A stretch of DNA of 63,883 nt, filler included, from Octopus bimaculoides (Eukaryota): NCBI RefSeq assembly GCF_001194135.2. It is 7 parts of 7 records of this genome, joined end to end, with 100 filler letters (N's around TTAATTAATTAA, not from the genome) between each part and the next. Parts side by side here need not be neighbours in the genome. Positions count along the whole stretch, not along the records: positions 37,771 to 50,649 come from NC_069007.1; positions 50,750 to 56,137 come from NW_026358328.1; 5 more parts are not named here. One strand, 5' to 3'. Made by a program: the position numbers and the translations under genes. The notes below the pieces were generated by a model, which saw nothing but the letters and a program-made list of their open reading frames with translations, made no database searches and was not told the DNA's origin. Positions 39,045-52,700 of this stretch are shown here, in pieces. The first letter of the stretch is position 1, and each line of letters begins with the position of its first letter.

Positions 39045-39420
39045 ACTAGCTGGACCTGTGAAAAATTCACGGAAAGAATAAAAAATTTAAGCATCTGTAA
39101 ATTGTGTGCTGGTGCCATGAGAAATGTTTCTTTATTGTGACAGTTACAGAATATAGAAAGAGGTGTAAAACGGGTGACCGGTAATAAAGTCTCAATAATA
39201 TAATAAAGTCACAATTTTGGCTAGGAAAAAAAGTCACAATTAATTTATGGGATCCAGATAAAACCTCCCTACAACAAAACCATCTCGGACCCCCACTCCC
39301 TGACAAAACGCCTGTGACTTTATTGCCATGACTTTTTTCCTGTGACTTTTTTACCTGGATTCATAAAACCGATAACTAAATAATCCAACCAAAATATCTC
39401 AGTTACGTAGACGTAAACAG
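39045..39420 (-). mobile_element. Probable non-autonomous Helitron (3' end at 39045)
   Basis: actag at 39045 followed by the hairpin cc(t)gtgaaaaattcacgg (3' hairpin + CTAG on the minus strand); internal inverted aaaagtcaca / tgtgactttt motifs. Confidence 0.5.
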
Positions 39421-39499
39421 AATTACTATTTAGCCTTAAAATACATTGTACATATTCACAGAATCTTCTGGGTTTATTGGCATGGAATGTTCTTCTGGG

Positions 39500-39690
39500 A
39501 TTCTTTTACTTGTTTTAGTCAAAGAAATCGACCTCTGGACTTATTCCCTGTAAGCCTGGAGCTTATTCTATCAGTCTCTTCTACCAAACAGCTAAGTTAT
39601 AGGGACGCAAACACACCAACATCGGTTGTCAAACAATGGAGGTGGGGGACAAACATAAACAAGCGCAAACAAACACAAATATATACACAC
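39500..39690 (-). mobile_element. SINE family A 3' half
   Basis: tcttttacttgttttagtc...acaccaacatcggttgtcaa. Confidence 0.8.
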
Positions 39691-39975
39691 ACACACACAT
39701 ATCTGAACCATTAAAGAAGAAATATTTAGAAGGTTGTTTGTTATGGTCAGAGAGCGACCATTGGTTTCACACCTATAAAGCTCAGACTCCAATGGCTGAA
39801 GGCTCATAACCACACTACTACTGTAGGGAGAAAAATGTCATGGTCAAGAGAGGTTATGTGCCTCTGTCCATTTGAGTTTGATGAGTCACATGTACAGCCA
39901 AGAGCTTTATAGGCATGAAACCGATGGTCACTCTCTGACCAGACATGTCAAACAACCTTATATATATATATATTC

Positions 39976-40214
39976 TTTTATTCTTTTACTTGTTTCAGTC
40001 ATTTGATTGCAGCCATGCTGGAGCACCACCTTTAGTCAAAGAAATCAGCCCCAAGATTTATTCTTTGTAAGACTTGTACTATTGGTCTCTTTTAGCGAAC
40101 CACTAAGTTACGGGGACACAAACACGCCCACATTAGTTGTCAAGTGATGTTAGGGAGACAAACACAGACACACAAATATACAGACGCACAAATACACACA
40201 CACACACACTCCCA

Positions 40215-40283
<69 letters not shown>

Positions 40284-40440
40284 GATGGGTTTCTTTCAGT
40301 TTCCATCTACCAAATCCACTCACAAAGCTTTGGTCGGCCTGAGGCTATAGTAGAAGATACTTGCCCAAGGTACTACATGGTGTGACTGGACCTGGAACCA
40401 TGTGGTTGGGAAGCAAGCTTCTTACCACACAGCCATGTCT
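39976..40440 (-). mobile_element. SINE family A, full length with an expanded internal (CA)n
   Basis: Tail 39976-40170, (CA)n 40190-40280, head 40285-40440. Confidence 0.92.
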
Positions 40441-40769
40441 GTGCCAATATATATATAAATTTTTATTAATCCAAACAAGTGAAAGAATAGATGAAATGAA
40501 ATTGAAAATTCACAGAGAATATATTAGAATTAATTAGAATTTAATTATTTTTTAAAATATAGGAACACACTTGACCTGTTTGACATTAAATTTTCAAAAA
40601 TATATAGTATATGGGGCTGTTTTGCAAATTATGCTTATTCTAGCCATCCGTGTGTGCATATGTATGCAAGAATGTGTGTATGTGTTGGTGTCTCCCTATT
40701 GTGACAGTGAGTGGTTCTGGTAGATGAGTGTCCCCATTCTTGTAATGGTGTTCTGCATTTCTGATCGTC

Positions 40770-40925
40770 TGTTAAAAACATGTCCAACCATGGGAAAAAA
40801 TTACCTTGTTTGGAAAACAGGTGAGGGTTGGCAACAGATAGGGCATCTGGCTGTAGAAAATCTACCTGAAATAAAGGCCTTCTGATGCATGCAAGCATGG
40901 ATGTCAAATAATTGTTATGGTGATG
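40770..40925 (+). mobile_element. Family F 3'-end fragment, diverged
   Basis: gagggttggcaacagatagggcatctggctgtagaaaa...gcatgcaagcatggatgtc. Confidence 0.55.
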
Positions 40926-41148
40926 ATGACAAAGCAAAAACAGGAAAAATGAGATTCTTGCAACAATAGTTGACACGTAAAGACAGGAAGAGGCTTGTCT
41001 TTTCCTCTACTTCCCCTGATTTTTGTTTTGTCAAAAGAAAATGAAAGGAAAAACAATTCTTTTGTTTTTATCAACCTGTTTCTTAAATCTCACAAGATAA
41101 TTTCTACTTGAATAGACTGTTTTTCTATATGTGTATACCTATAGGATG

Positions 41149-41235
<87 letters not shown>

Positions 41236-42916
41236 GTGTGTGTAATGTGTATGTTAGAATGTACATATGTATGAGAAGCATATAACCTTTAACATTTTTC
41301 TGTTTTATATACACATACATATATATACATGCATACATATATATAATTATATAAATATTTGAGATTCAGTTGAATTAGGTACTAAAGTTGAAGCACCAAG
41401 TCAGTGCAGTATTATCCGTACAACCCTAAGTAAGGTGAATAAAATCCAAACAAGCAACAGGATATCAAAAGGTGATGCAGTACGACCGTTTCAAGCGGCT
41501 CCATTTAATTGAACAATGCAATCATTACATCAGTTTAAATGCAGGGCTATCCTCAGATGTATAAATAAATAGAATTTTTGATCAGTTGGACATATTAATA
41601 TAATTTTACTCAAATTCTCTAATAGAGCAAGAAGAGGGAGAAAGTCCATGTTGCTAATAATGTGACTCAGAATATACTACACTTCTAAGAACTGTATGAA
41701 GTTTGTTAGGGTCATATTGTAAAGGATTGTGGTTCACTTTTAAATTATTAGTCTTTTTATTATCAACTACCAAATCTAAGGCTAGAGGACAGTGTCTGTT
41801 TAGAATGGCTAGACAGAGTGAGTTGACAGTTTATAGTTGGGTATGTTCATAAATATTGTCAGGATTTAGAAAATGTGTAAATAATTGTCTATAAAGGAGG
41901 CTGGGTAGGGGAAGACCTTAAATCAAGATGATTACCAGTTAAAGGGGCAAGACGCTAATAAAACCTATGATGTTAATACAGCGGAAATTATCATGAGGTA
42001 CAATGGATGATTGTATATAAACAATATTGTTATGTTGTATGAAGATAAAATTTAAGATTACTAAAAATATTATAATCTGAATAGATAAACTGTGTATATA
42101 TACCAATTTTCAACATTAGAAAGGGAAGACTACATAGAATTAGTTTAATATCCATACCCGTACTTAATTATTTACTTATAAGGTGGTTTCTATAAAGATT
42201 GCTCTGGGTATTTACTTATGGAATACTGGGGTGATAAATCATGCTATCTTTATATTAGTTATAAGCTAAGAATCAGAAAAAAATCAGAAAAATGAATTGT
42301 GTGCAGATACATACACATATTTAACTATGTGCACCCATGCAAATATACACAAATATTTGTACTTTATTATAGGTATGCTATAATCAACTCTTCTAGATAT
42401 AAGTAACTAGAAAGTTTATATTTCTCTTTAAGAACATTAATAACTTATAAGAGATAAGAGGTTAATAGGTAAAGATATCAAAATAAGAAAACACAATAAT
42501 AAGAAATTATAGAGAATAGTAAGAAAATATATATAACTTATTATATATAATACTAGTGGGTAAGTTCACATCATATACAACACTAAAATCAATTTCTCCT
42601 GTCCAGGTTTAAGTGCAGCACCTATAAACGCTAATTTCAAAAATATTTAAATGTACGGGTGACCCTATGTACGCATGATACCCTTAGGTCTAATCTATTA
42701 TTAACCAGGTTGCTCTTGTCCCTATACTTAAAAATTTCATAAGTTTCCATAGAGCACAGCTCGCACCCATACCAACTATCTCTATAAGGCTGTGCTTTCC
42801 TTATAATATCCCATTTAAAGCTAAATTCGATTCGGCTTTCCTTCAGTTCCCAAATTTTATTATTGAATCATTTACACAGTTGTAAATTGTAAAACATAAC
42901 TGTCACCACTACTATA

Positions 42917-42961
42917 TGAACCTGAAGATTGTATAGTCTAATGCATGAAAGTACTAGTGCA
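42917..42961 (+). ncRNA. Minimal type-I hammerhead ribozyme motif with intact core
   Basis: CTGAAGA at 42922-42928; helix II TGTAT/ATGCA; GAAA at 42947-42950; palindrome AGTACT; CUA site; helix I TGAAC/GTGCA with 4 of 5 pairs. Confidence 0.55.
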
Positions 42962-43131
42962 ATCAAAATGAACATTTAATATTCTATAATTTCATTATAT
43001 TATATTGTTTTATATTATATTATTTTAAGATTGTAAATAAAACATGAAAATCAAAGTTGGAATTCCTTTGATTAATATATTCTTCTATAGACAATCATAC
43101 ACAACCGTGTATATATATACGTGTGTATATA

Positions 43132-43164
<33 letters not shown>

Positions 43165-43438
43165 CTATAGGGTAAATGTGTTTCTTTGTTGTAGTTTAAT
43201 TAATAATTGGTGATATATGAGGTATATTTGTTCCCAAACAACACTTATTTTAGTGCTGTTGACACTGCCAGATTGTATGGTACTGCCCAGGTGTCGAAAC
43301 CATAATGATATCTGTGTGGCAGCTGATGATGGAGGTATGTTGGATTGCTGGTATGGCTGTTATTGCATGTGTAGAATAGTTTTATAACACATTCATTTAA
43401 TATATATATATATGTATGTACATATATATGTGTATGTG

Positions 43439-43475
<37 letters not shown>

Positions 43476-44259
43476 GTATGTATGTATGTATGTTTGTATG
43501 TATGTATGTATGTATGTATGTATGTATGTATATATATATATATATATATTATAATATATGTATGTATAAATTTTAAACAATTTTGTGTATGTATACTATA
43601 TAAAGGCATGTCTATGTGTCTACGTGTATTTGTGTACATGTGTCTTTGTCGCTTTGTATATATGCACATATATATATATATATNNNNNNNNNNTATATAT
43701 ATATACTGGCATGTCTGGTTGTATATATGTTTATCTTTGTGTGTGTATAAGTGGGTAACCTTGAATACATTTAGGGACAAACATCAGTGATATCCATCTT
43801 CCCTAAAAATTGAAGCAGACGGCAATTTCCTGTTTTCTTCCGGAATTTACTTTGGCGATTTAGGAATCTCAAATATTTTCACTTCATTTCATAATTATTT
43901 CCACTTCATTTCAGTCATTTTCAATACATTTTAAAGCATATTTCCAATACATTTAAGCATATTTAAGCATATTTGACATCATCATTGACAGCCCAGATAC
44001 TCCAATATATGTGTGTGTGTAGGTGAGTGGACTAATGAAAGACAGAGCCCCTCAACACATTCAGTAGGAATAATATATTATTTAAAACAGTTTGATTTGG
44101 CCTTGCGTGACTTAGGGTTTTGTAGGCTTCTTATGGAGATCTAGCTTGTTGGTTTTGGTTACTCAAACTGAACCTGATGTGCTAGGTTTTCTATAAGAAT
44201 CCTATGAAACCTTAAATCACATGGGGCCAAATCAAACTGTTTTAAATAATATATATGTA

Positions 44260-44545
44260 TTCAGTGCCTTGCAGAGGCAATGACTAGTGACCAAGACCTT
44301 TGGCGATATGTTGTACTTGAGAAGGCCCCTCAAGCCAAGTGAAATCGGAGTCATGACTGATTCTGGTGTCTTGTAACTAGCGCCCCTGCCAGTGGTATGT
44401 AAAAGGCACCTTTTGAGCATTGGGCCACATGGAGGCAAAGTAGCCAATGCCGGTGGCACAGGAAAAGCTCCTTTTGGGTGTTGGGCTTCACGGAGGCAAT
44501 GACAAATGACCAAGATCTTTGGCATTATGTCGTGAAGAAGACCGG
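44260..44545 (+). mobile_element. RTE-type LINE 3' end (family F related)
   Basis: MTSDQDLWRYVVLEK-like terminal codons, repeated at ~44495; ggtggcac...aaaagc modules shared with 38080-38160. Confidence 0.6.
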
Positions 44546-44559
44546 GAGAGTAGATTGCT

Positions 44560-44762
44560 GATTGTAAGATTGTGATTTCAATTCCTGGACCGGGTGACGC
44601 ATTGTGCTCTTGAGCAAAACACTCCATTTCATGTTGCTCCAGTTCATTCAGCTGGCAAAAATGAGTAACTCTGTGACGGATTGGTGTCCCGTCCAGGTGG
44701 AGAATATATACGCCATTGAAACTGGGAAACGGTCCTCATGAACCTGGCTTGGCTTGAGAAGG
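44560..44762 (+). mobile_element. SINE family C
   Basis: ttcaattcctggacc...tcttgagcaaaacactccatt...gattggtgtcccgtccaggtg. Confidence 0.65.
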
Positions 44763-45384
44763 AAATATTTATTATTATTTTCTAGATAAATAAATAGATG
44801 AATAAATAAATGAAAGAGATCTTCTGACGGTGGGGTGGAGGAGTGGTATTCCTGGGTGATGGGATTGATAGAAAAACAACTTGTGTGGGAGTTAAGGGGG
44901 TGGTGGCTGATTGGATAGGCATCTTCCAAGTGTGGGTGATGTGTGGAGGAGAAGGTGTAGGTCAAAGGAAAGAAGAAGGAAGATGAGGAGGAGGATAAGA
45001 GGAAATAGATGAGATGGATGCGTCTGATGTAAGCGGCATGGTACGTCATTCCCCTGGGCAGATAGGTGGGGTCATTGGTAATCTCTCGTTGTAGCACAGC
45101 AACAACAATAGACCTCAATAGCAGCATCACCAGTAGCACTACTGTCATAATCACCAATACACCACTGCCACCACCACTGCCACCACCACCTCCACTACCA
45201 CCAACAACAACAACCACACCAGTACTACCACCACAACGCATTGGNNNNNNNNNNGAGAGAGTGGGAAGAGAAAACAGGGCGGAGCAGTGATATATAAACC
45301 ATGAACGTTTTGAATGTAATAAGGAGATAAATGTCCCCCTCACCTCCCCCACCCATGTCTTTATTCTGAAGTAGCATGGGTGTG

Positions 45385-45545
45385 GGCGTGGTTGCGTGGT
45401 TAAGGAGTTTGCTTTGCAATCACTTGGTTTCAAGTTCAGTCCCACTGCACACCACCTTGCCCAAGTGTCCTCTTCTATAGCCTCTGGCTAACCAGTGTGC
45501 TGTGTTGTGGGTGAATTTTGTTTGATGGAAACTGTTTACAACCTT
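45385..45545 (+). mobile_element. SINE family A 5' half running into (TA)n and then a gap
   Basis: ggttgcgtggttaaggag...caagttcagtcccactgc...ccaagtgtcctcttctatagcc. Confidence 0.8.
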
Positions 45546-46514
45546 GTCACACATATGCACACAAAAACACATATGTATGTGTTTATGTGTACATATATAT
45601 AATATATATATATATANNNNNNNNNNNNNNNNNNNNNNNNNNNNNNNNNNNNNNNNNNNNNNNNNNNNNNNNNNNNNNNNNNNNNNNNNNNNNNNNNNNN
45701 NNNNNNNNNNNNNNNNNNNNNNNNNNNNNNNNNNNNNNNNNNNNNNNNNNNNNNNNNNNNNNNNNNNNNNNNNNNNNNNNNNNNNNNNNNNNNNNNNNNN
45801 NNNNNNNNNNNNNNNNNNNNNNNNNNNNNNNNNNNNNNNNNNNNNNNNNNNNNNNNNNNNNNNNNNNNNNNNNNNNNNNNNNNNNNNNNNNNNNNNNNNN
45901 NNNNNNNNNNNNNNNNNNNNNNNNNNNNNNNNNNNNNNNNNNNNNNNNNNNNNNNNNNNNNNNNNNNNNNNNNNNNNNNNNNNNNNNNNNNNNNNNNNNN
46001 NNNNNNNNNNNNNNNNNNNNNNNNNNNNNNNNNNNNNNNNNNNNNNNNNNNNNNNNNNNNNNNNNNNNNNNNNNNNNNNNNNNNNNNNNNNNNNNNNNNN
46101 NNNNNNNNNNNNNNNNNNNNNNNNNNNNNNNNNNNNNNNNNNNNNNNNNNNNNNNNNNNNNNNNNNNNNNNNNNNNNNNNNNNNNNNNNNNNNNNNNNNN
46201 NNNNNNNNNNNNNNNNNNNNNNNNNNNNNNNNNNNNNNNNNNNNNNNNNNNNNNNNNNNNNNNNNNNNNNNNNNNNNNNNNNNNNNNNNNNNNNNNNNNN
46301 NNNNNNNNNNNNNNNNNNNNNNNNNNNNNNNNNNNNNNNNNNNNNNNNNNNNNNNNNNNNNNNNNNNNNNNNNNNNNNNNNNNNNNNNNNNNNNNNNNNN
46401 NNNNNNNNNNNNNNNNNNNNNNNNNNNNNNNNNNNNNNNNNNNNNNNNNNNNNNNNNNNNNNNNNNNNNNNNNNNNNNNNNNNATATATATGTATATATA
46501 TATATATATATGTA

Positions 46515-46645
46515 TATATATGCATAAAACAAAAGACAGAGACAAGTGAGGGAACAACAGGCAGGTGTATAGTTTGACACTCAGGAAGAATGGAAAAGTC
46601 TTTGATGTTTTGAGCCTATGCTCTACGACAGAATGAAGTGGGGAA
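46515..46645 (-). mobile_element. Second, diverged copy of the 2195-2385 repeat
   Basis: Reverse complement reads ttctgtcgtagagcataggctcaaaacatcaaagacttt. Confidence 0.6.
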
Positions 46646-47565
46646 AGGAAACAAAGAGTGAAAAAATAAAAGATAAATACATAACCATGGTAACAACAGA
46701 AGAAAACTAACAACAACTAATGCTGCTCCTGCTGTTTCCTGGTGCAGTTTGAGAAAATCCTTTCTTAATAATGCAGTCAATCTTGCCAGTGTGTTCAATA
46801 TACTACACATGGATTGACCAGCATGCTGGAAATAGCAGCCAAACCTCACAGAAATAAACCAACATCACCACCACATCATCTTACTGCCATTTCGTATATA
46901 AATTATGAAGTCCGGTGAGGGAAGGGTTGGCACACAGTTCTGGAAACGGATAAGGTGTGGAGTGGAAGGTGAAGGGTTTGATTGTTTTTGATTTAACATT
47001 TGTTTCTGCAATTTAGTTAAGCAACAAGAACAACAACAACAATAATATCCTGTACAATCCTGTACAATCTCAACCAACTAAAAACAGTAACGAAATCTTC
47101 ACACAAATTGCACACTACTGTTTGGTAGAGACAACCAACTTTGGAATTGCAGGGATGGTCATGGCTTGAATAGTAAATACCGTCTTGAGTTTAGGATTCA
47201 TAGGACTGGTTACTTTGGTTTCCGAAATTGCTGGCCTTGTGCCAAAATTTGAAACCATTATTATTAAGATTATTATTATTGAGAGATCAGCAAGATTTTG
47301 AACTCAGAACAGGAAGACCATTAACAAAATACCACAAGGCAGTTTTCTTGAATGTTGTAATGACTAAAATGTCACTATTGCTATAATTTTTAATTAATTA
47401 ATATCAATTAGCTGAGGCATTTTTCAGAAGTGAAGTGGGAGATTCCATACAGCAATTCTACTGAGTTACAGATTGTATTATGGTAATTAAGAAAGGTTAA
47501 CCAGCTTGGAATTTAGAATAATTGGATATTGGCTGATTATTGGTAAGGATAGGTATTTTTTTGCT

Positions 47566-47930
47566 GGCACTCCGTCGCTTATGGCGTCGAGGGTTCCAGT
47601 TGATCTGATCAACGGAACAGCCTGGTCGTGAAATTAACATGCAAGTGGCTGAGCACTCCACAGACACGTGTACCCTTAACATAGTTCTCGGGGATATTCA
47701 GCGTGACACAGAGTGTGACAAGGCTGACCTTTTGAATTACAAGCACAACAGAAACAGGAAGTAAGAGTGAAAGAAAGTTGTGGTGAAAGAGTACAGCAGG
47801 GTTCGCCACCATCCCCTGCCGGAGCCTCGTGGAGCTTTAGGTGTTTTCGCTCAATAAACACTCACAACACCCGGTCTGGGAATTGAAACCGCGAGTCCGC
47901 TGCCCTAACCACTGGGCCATTGCGCCTCCA
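47566..47930 (-). mobile_element. SINE family B, full length, little diverged
   Basis: Head ggaggcgcaatggcccagtggttaggg on the minus strand; high similarity to 35667-36010. Confidence 0.92.
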
Positions 47931-48089
47931 CTAAGGATAGGTATAGGCACAGACCAAAAAATTAGCACGATTAAGATCTGTAAATATTAAAGCTAATCTT
48001 TATATTTCCTCATACATCAAACACTTGCATTTTCTCATGCATTAAGCAAACTGAAAAACATCTCAGATAATTAGTCAAAGATGTATACC

Positions 48090-48500
48090 TGCAGTAATTT
48101 TGTCAAACACATCTGGACATCAATTTTTGTCAAACACATCTGGACAGTGATTTTGTCAAACACATCTGAGCAGTAATCTTTATCAAACACATCTGGACAT
48201 CAATTTTTGTCAAACACATCTGGACAGTGATTTTGTCAAAAACATCTGGACAGTGATTTTATCAAACACATCTGGACAGTAGGTTTATCAGACACAGCTG
48301 GACAGTGATTTTATCAAACATATCTGGACACTAAATTTCTCTGACACATCTGGACAGCAATTTTATTGAACACAACTTAACAATAATTTTCGCCAAACAT
48401 ATCTGGACAGTAATCTTATCGAACACATCTGGACAGACATTTTGTGAAATGCATCAGGATAGTAATTTCATCAGACATGACTCAACAGCAATTTCATTGA
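48090..48500. repeat. 26-27 bp minisatellite (caaacacatctggacagtgattttgt), ~15 units, decaying rightwards
   Basis: Direct reading of the tandem units. Confidence 0.92.
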
Positions 48501-48589
48501 ATGTAGAAGATGTAATTGATATTTTATGCTATTTCTGTGTTCCATAATTTATATATTAATAATATTAATATTTTTTCTTTTTTTCCTCT

Positions 48590-48980
48590 TTGTCTTCCCC
48601 CACCCCCACCTTTTCTGTTTCCTCTCTCCTTCTATTTACTTCACTCTCTCTTTTCCTCTCCCCCTTGACCTCTTTTTATCTCTTCCCTTCTGCACTTGAC
48701 TCCCTTATCTTTTCTTTCTTCCTCAACTTTTACTCTCTCTCCCTCTCTCTCTCTCTCACACTCCCTATCACCTTTTGTTCTTTCTCACCTTACTTCCTCT
48801 CTCTTTCCCCACCCTAACTTCCCATATCTCTGTCTCTCTCTTCCTGTCTCCCTCTTCCACCCCTCTCTCTATTCTTCTCTCTCTTCCCCTCTCTCCCCTC
48901 CTCCCTCTTCCACCACTCTCTCTATTCTCCCCCCCATCTCATTCTGTATCTCTTCTCTCTCATCCCCCCCTCTCCCTGTC
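48590..48980. repeat. CT-rich polypyrimidine low-complexity tract
   Basis: Direct reading. Confidence 0.85.
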
Positions 48981-49204
48981 AGTCTGCCATGGGTTACGTG
49001 TACGGTGAAACAGACAGAGACAACTATTTGTTACGGAACCACACCAATGGTAAATTGAAGAGTCAGGTAAGGAAAGCCTCTTTGTGTACGTGTGTGTGTG
49101 TGTGTGTGCATGTGTGTGTGTGTGTGTGTGTGCATGCATATGATGATAAGGTGATTTTTTTGGTTCCAGGACTCCTCAAAAGGTATCCAAGTCATTGTCA
49201 TTCA

Positions 49205-49335
49205 TTCTTAGAGCTGCCTTGATCACAAGTTCGATTCCTGGAGAGGGCAGTGGGTTTCTGTCCTTGAGCAGGGCACTTCATTCCACATTGTTTCAGTCCA
49301 CCCAGCTGACAATGAATACCAGTGACATCTGGATG
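49205..49335 (+). mobile_element. SINE family C fragment
   Basis: aagttcgattcctgg...tgtccttgagcagggcacttcattccacattgtttcagtccacccagctg. Confidence 0.6.
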
Positions 49336-50649
49336 GTGGTGTTGGTGTTGGTGGGGGGTATGGTGGTGCTGCTGTAGTTTTTGGGGGTGTCAAAACCAGA
49401 TGGTGATAATCTACCCATCCCCACCCATGTACAGATACAACCCTGTTCCACCTGGCATGCTTCTACATCATTTCCCCTTTACCAAATCCCTTGCCACCAG
49501 CCATAGTTCAGTTCAAAGCCACAATGAAAAATATCTTCTTGTCCAAGATTCCTTCATGCAGCATTGTGAAGCAAGCTTCTTGACCGCTCAAGCATGTCTG
49601 CACCTAAGGACCTCACACATTGCATGTAAAGGGGTGTGTTTGGGGTTTCTGTTCATCCCTGAATGAACAGAAATAACATTAAAGACGTTCCATCCATGAC
49701 CATATTGCCCTTTTTTCTATATGAAGGGTGCTCAGAACCATATTAACCAACACCTCTCTTTCTCTTTGAAGCAGCAGGATGTGCTTTGAGGGAGATTTGG
49801 CTGCTACTTCTAGCAGGCCAAATGACCACATAGAGCAGTGTTTCTCAACCATGTTTTGCCTACGGACCTCTTTGGTTTCTATTTTACTCAGAGGTGGTGC
49901 TGATGATGATGATAGTGGCTGTGTTACTGTTGTTGTTGGTGGTGGTAGTGGTGTTGTAGATGTTGTTGCTATAGGTGTCAAGGTATCGGTCACTCTCTGA
50001 CAGGTCTATGGTCAAGCCTGTAGCAGCAAAGACCACCGGCATTCTCAGGCCCTGGATCATATCCCTGTCCACTGCTATAGGGGCAGATATAGCGGTATGC
50101 AAATATGAGTTCTGTGAGTCCAGAGTGGTTGTTCCAGCACACCCCACTCACCATTTTCCTGGGCAATGCCTTTTCCATTTTGTCTTTGGGACCATGAAGC
50201 AGTCGGTTACAGAAGATTGTATGTCTGACACTTTAATGTAGCCTTACTCCATATATATATACATATACGTATATATATGTATATATATGTAATTCAAGAC
50301 CAAGAGGAGGGTGAAGATTTATTCACATCCAAAGAGATTTTATCAAAAAGTTTCTACACCATATATAACAATGACCAACATATGTTTCTACTGCAGCAAC
50401 TGCACACTGCTTTGTCTGTAATTATACATCCTAGTCACTGCAATTTCATCAAGGGTCCATTCCATCACTTACAACATTTTCAAAGTGAACTAATTCAAAC
50501 AAGCTTCCTGTGTTGGTATTCAGTTGAAGGTGATAGCGTTATTTATTAAATCAAATTGAATTCTGGTCTTATAATCACCTCTACTGATATTACAGTTGAA
50601 TCATGGTTTTAAAATCTTTATTTATATTACAATTAATTATATATATATA

Positions 50650-50749
50650 NNNNNNNNNNNNNNNNNNNNNNNNNNNNNNNNNNNNNNNNNNNNTTAATTA
50701 ATTAANNNNNNNNNNNNNNNNNNNNNNNNNNNNNNNNNNNNNNNNNNNN
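50650..50749. other. 100-bp scaffold join with TTAATTAATTAA
   Basis: 12-mer at 50694-50705. Confidence 0.95.
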
Positions 50750-50863
50750 ATATATATATTTATGTATATACATACATATATATAAATGAAATTTATAGAA
50801 AAACAAAACCCGGGGACAGGTGTATGAACAACAAGCAGATCTCTCTCTCTCTTTCTCTATCTC

Positions 50864-50900
<37 letters not shown>

Positions 50901-51052
50901 ATGTATATGTATGTATGTATGTATTAGTGAAGCAGAAAATTTATTAATCGTTCCTCCGAGTTTCCCAAATCCTAAAGCTCAGAAACTGAGCCAAACACTC
51001 AGTCAAGTTTTCTAATTTCAAAAGATATGACTTTATATTCTTTGTATATTTA

Positions 51053-51091
<39 letters not shown>

Positions 51092-51726
51092 TGATACATG
51101 CGTATATGCATGTATAGACACATGCGCGTGCACGCACATACATACACACACAAGAATATTTATAGTTAGACATCTCTAGACGTGTGTGTATAACACACAC
51201 ACGCACACAGAAATAGATAGACAGACAGACAGACATAGAGATAGATAAATAGATACATAGACAGATGCATAGAGAGATAGACCGACAGACAGATAGATAG
51301 ATAGTGATGTGGGTGGGTAGAACCAAGGAGAGAGAGAAATTTCACATTGAGGCTGTTTTGCCTCGTTAGCGCTTTCGATGGGAGCGTCTATGAAAACACT
51401 CAATCTGCAAGAAATAGCAGCCAGAATACCCCTAAATTCCATCCTGCTATTTTTAAAATGAAGGACATATTAAATAATGTAATATAGCTCTCAGAAATGA
51501 TGGGAATTGCTGATAGCCGATGTTTCCTTTGGTTATAGGTCTGTCCAACGAAGCCTGACCAAAGGCTAAACAACACTCCTATACAACACACATCACACAC
51601 AAATCCATATAGGCAAACACTCACATACAAATACACACATATACATACATAGACAAACACGCATTGTCACACAGGGTCACAGACATACAGTCATACACAT
51701 ACACAGTCTCACAACGCACATACAAA

Positions 51727-51825
<99 letters not shown>

Positions 51826-52312
51826 CACAACAATTGACCAATCAACTGTTGTGCATCCGTCTCGTCTGTTGCATTCATTTTGATCTGTCACCTTCCTCCT
51901 CCTCCTCCTCTCTTCGTACTCCTCATAGTCTCCTCTCTCCCCTTCTATTCCCTCCCGTTCACTTATTATTTTGTTACGCTTCGACACTTTCAGCAATATT
52001 TCTCTAGACAATGCCTCCCCTTCCTTTTAACATTCCCCCTCTTTATATTCATTGATTGTTTCCCTCCACTCCTCCCTCGTTTTTTCCATATCTATAATCT
52101 ACACTCCCGCCCCACCACTGTCATCACCCCTCTCTCTCTCTCTCTCGCCCTCCTCTTCCTCCTCCTCTTCTCACAAACTTATAATTTCCATCATGTCCCA
52201 TTCTCCCACAAATTTCAGTCTTCATTCACCGCACCTTTAATTATAACACACGAACACACACACACACATGCACATGCACAAACATACAAACACACAAACA
52301 CACACACGCATG

Positions 52313-52346
<34 letters not shown>

Positions 52347-52489
52347 TACTCACACACACGTGTGTGTGTGTATATGTGCATGCGTGTGTGTGTTTGTGCA
52401 TGTGTGTTTGTGTGTTTGTGTGTTTGTGCATGTGTGTGTGTGTATTCTTTTATACTTTTATTCTTTGACTACTTTTATTCTTTGACTGC

Positions 52490-52700
52490 TTTTATACTTT
52501 TATTCTTTGTTTCATTCATTTGACTGCGGCCATGCTGGAGCACCGCCTTAAGAGTGTTAGTCGACGAAATCGATCCCAGGACTTATTTTTTGTAAGTTTA
52601 GTACTTATTCTATCGGGCTCTTTTGCTGAACTGATAAGTTACGGGGACATAAATACACTAACATCGGTTGTCAAGTGACGGTGGGGGTGGATAGGTTTAC
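52490..52700 (-). mobile_element. SINE family A 3' half
   Basis: tgactgcggccatgctggagcaccgcc...gtcgacgaaatcgatcccagg. Confidence 0.88.

Noticed and set aside
41600-42900. Possible very old Penelope ORF
   Set aside because: Only faint motif traces; not listed as a feature, and mentioned only as context for the 42917 hammerhead.
48090-48500. Repeat array considered as CRISPR-like
   Set aside because: The units are contiguous with no unique spacers, there are no cas genes, and the context is eukaryotic.
49975-50241. SSR-free segment open in frames on both strands
   Set aside because: No recognisable protein motif on either strand and the splice signals conflict.
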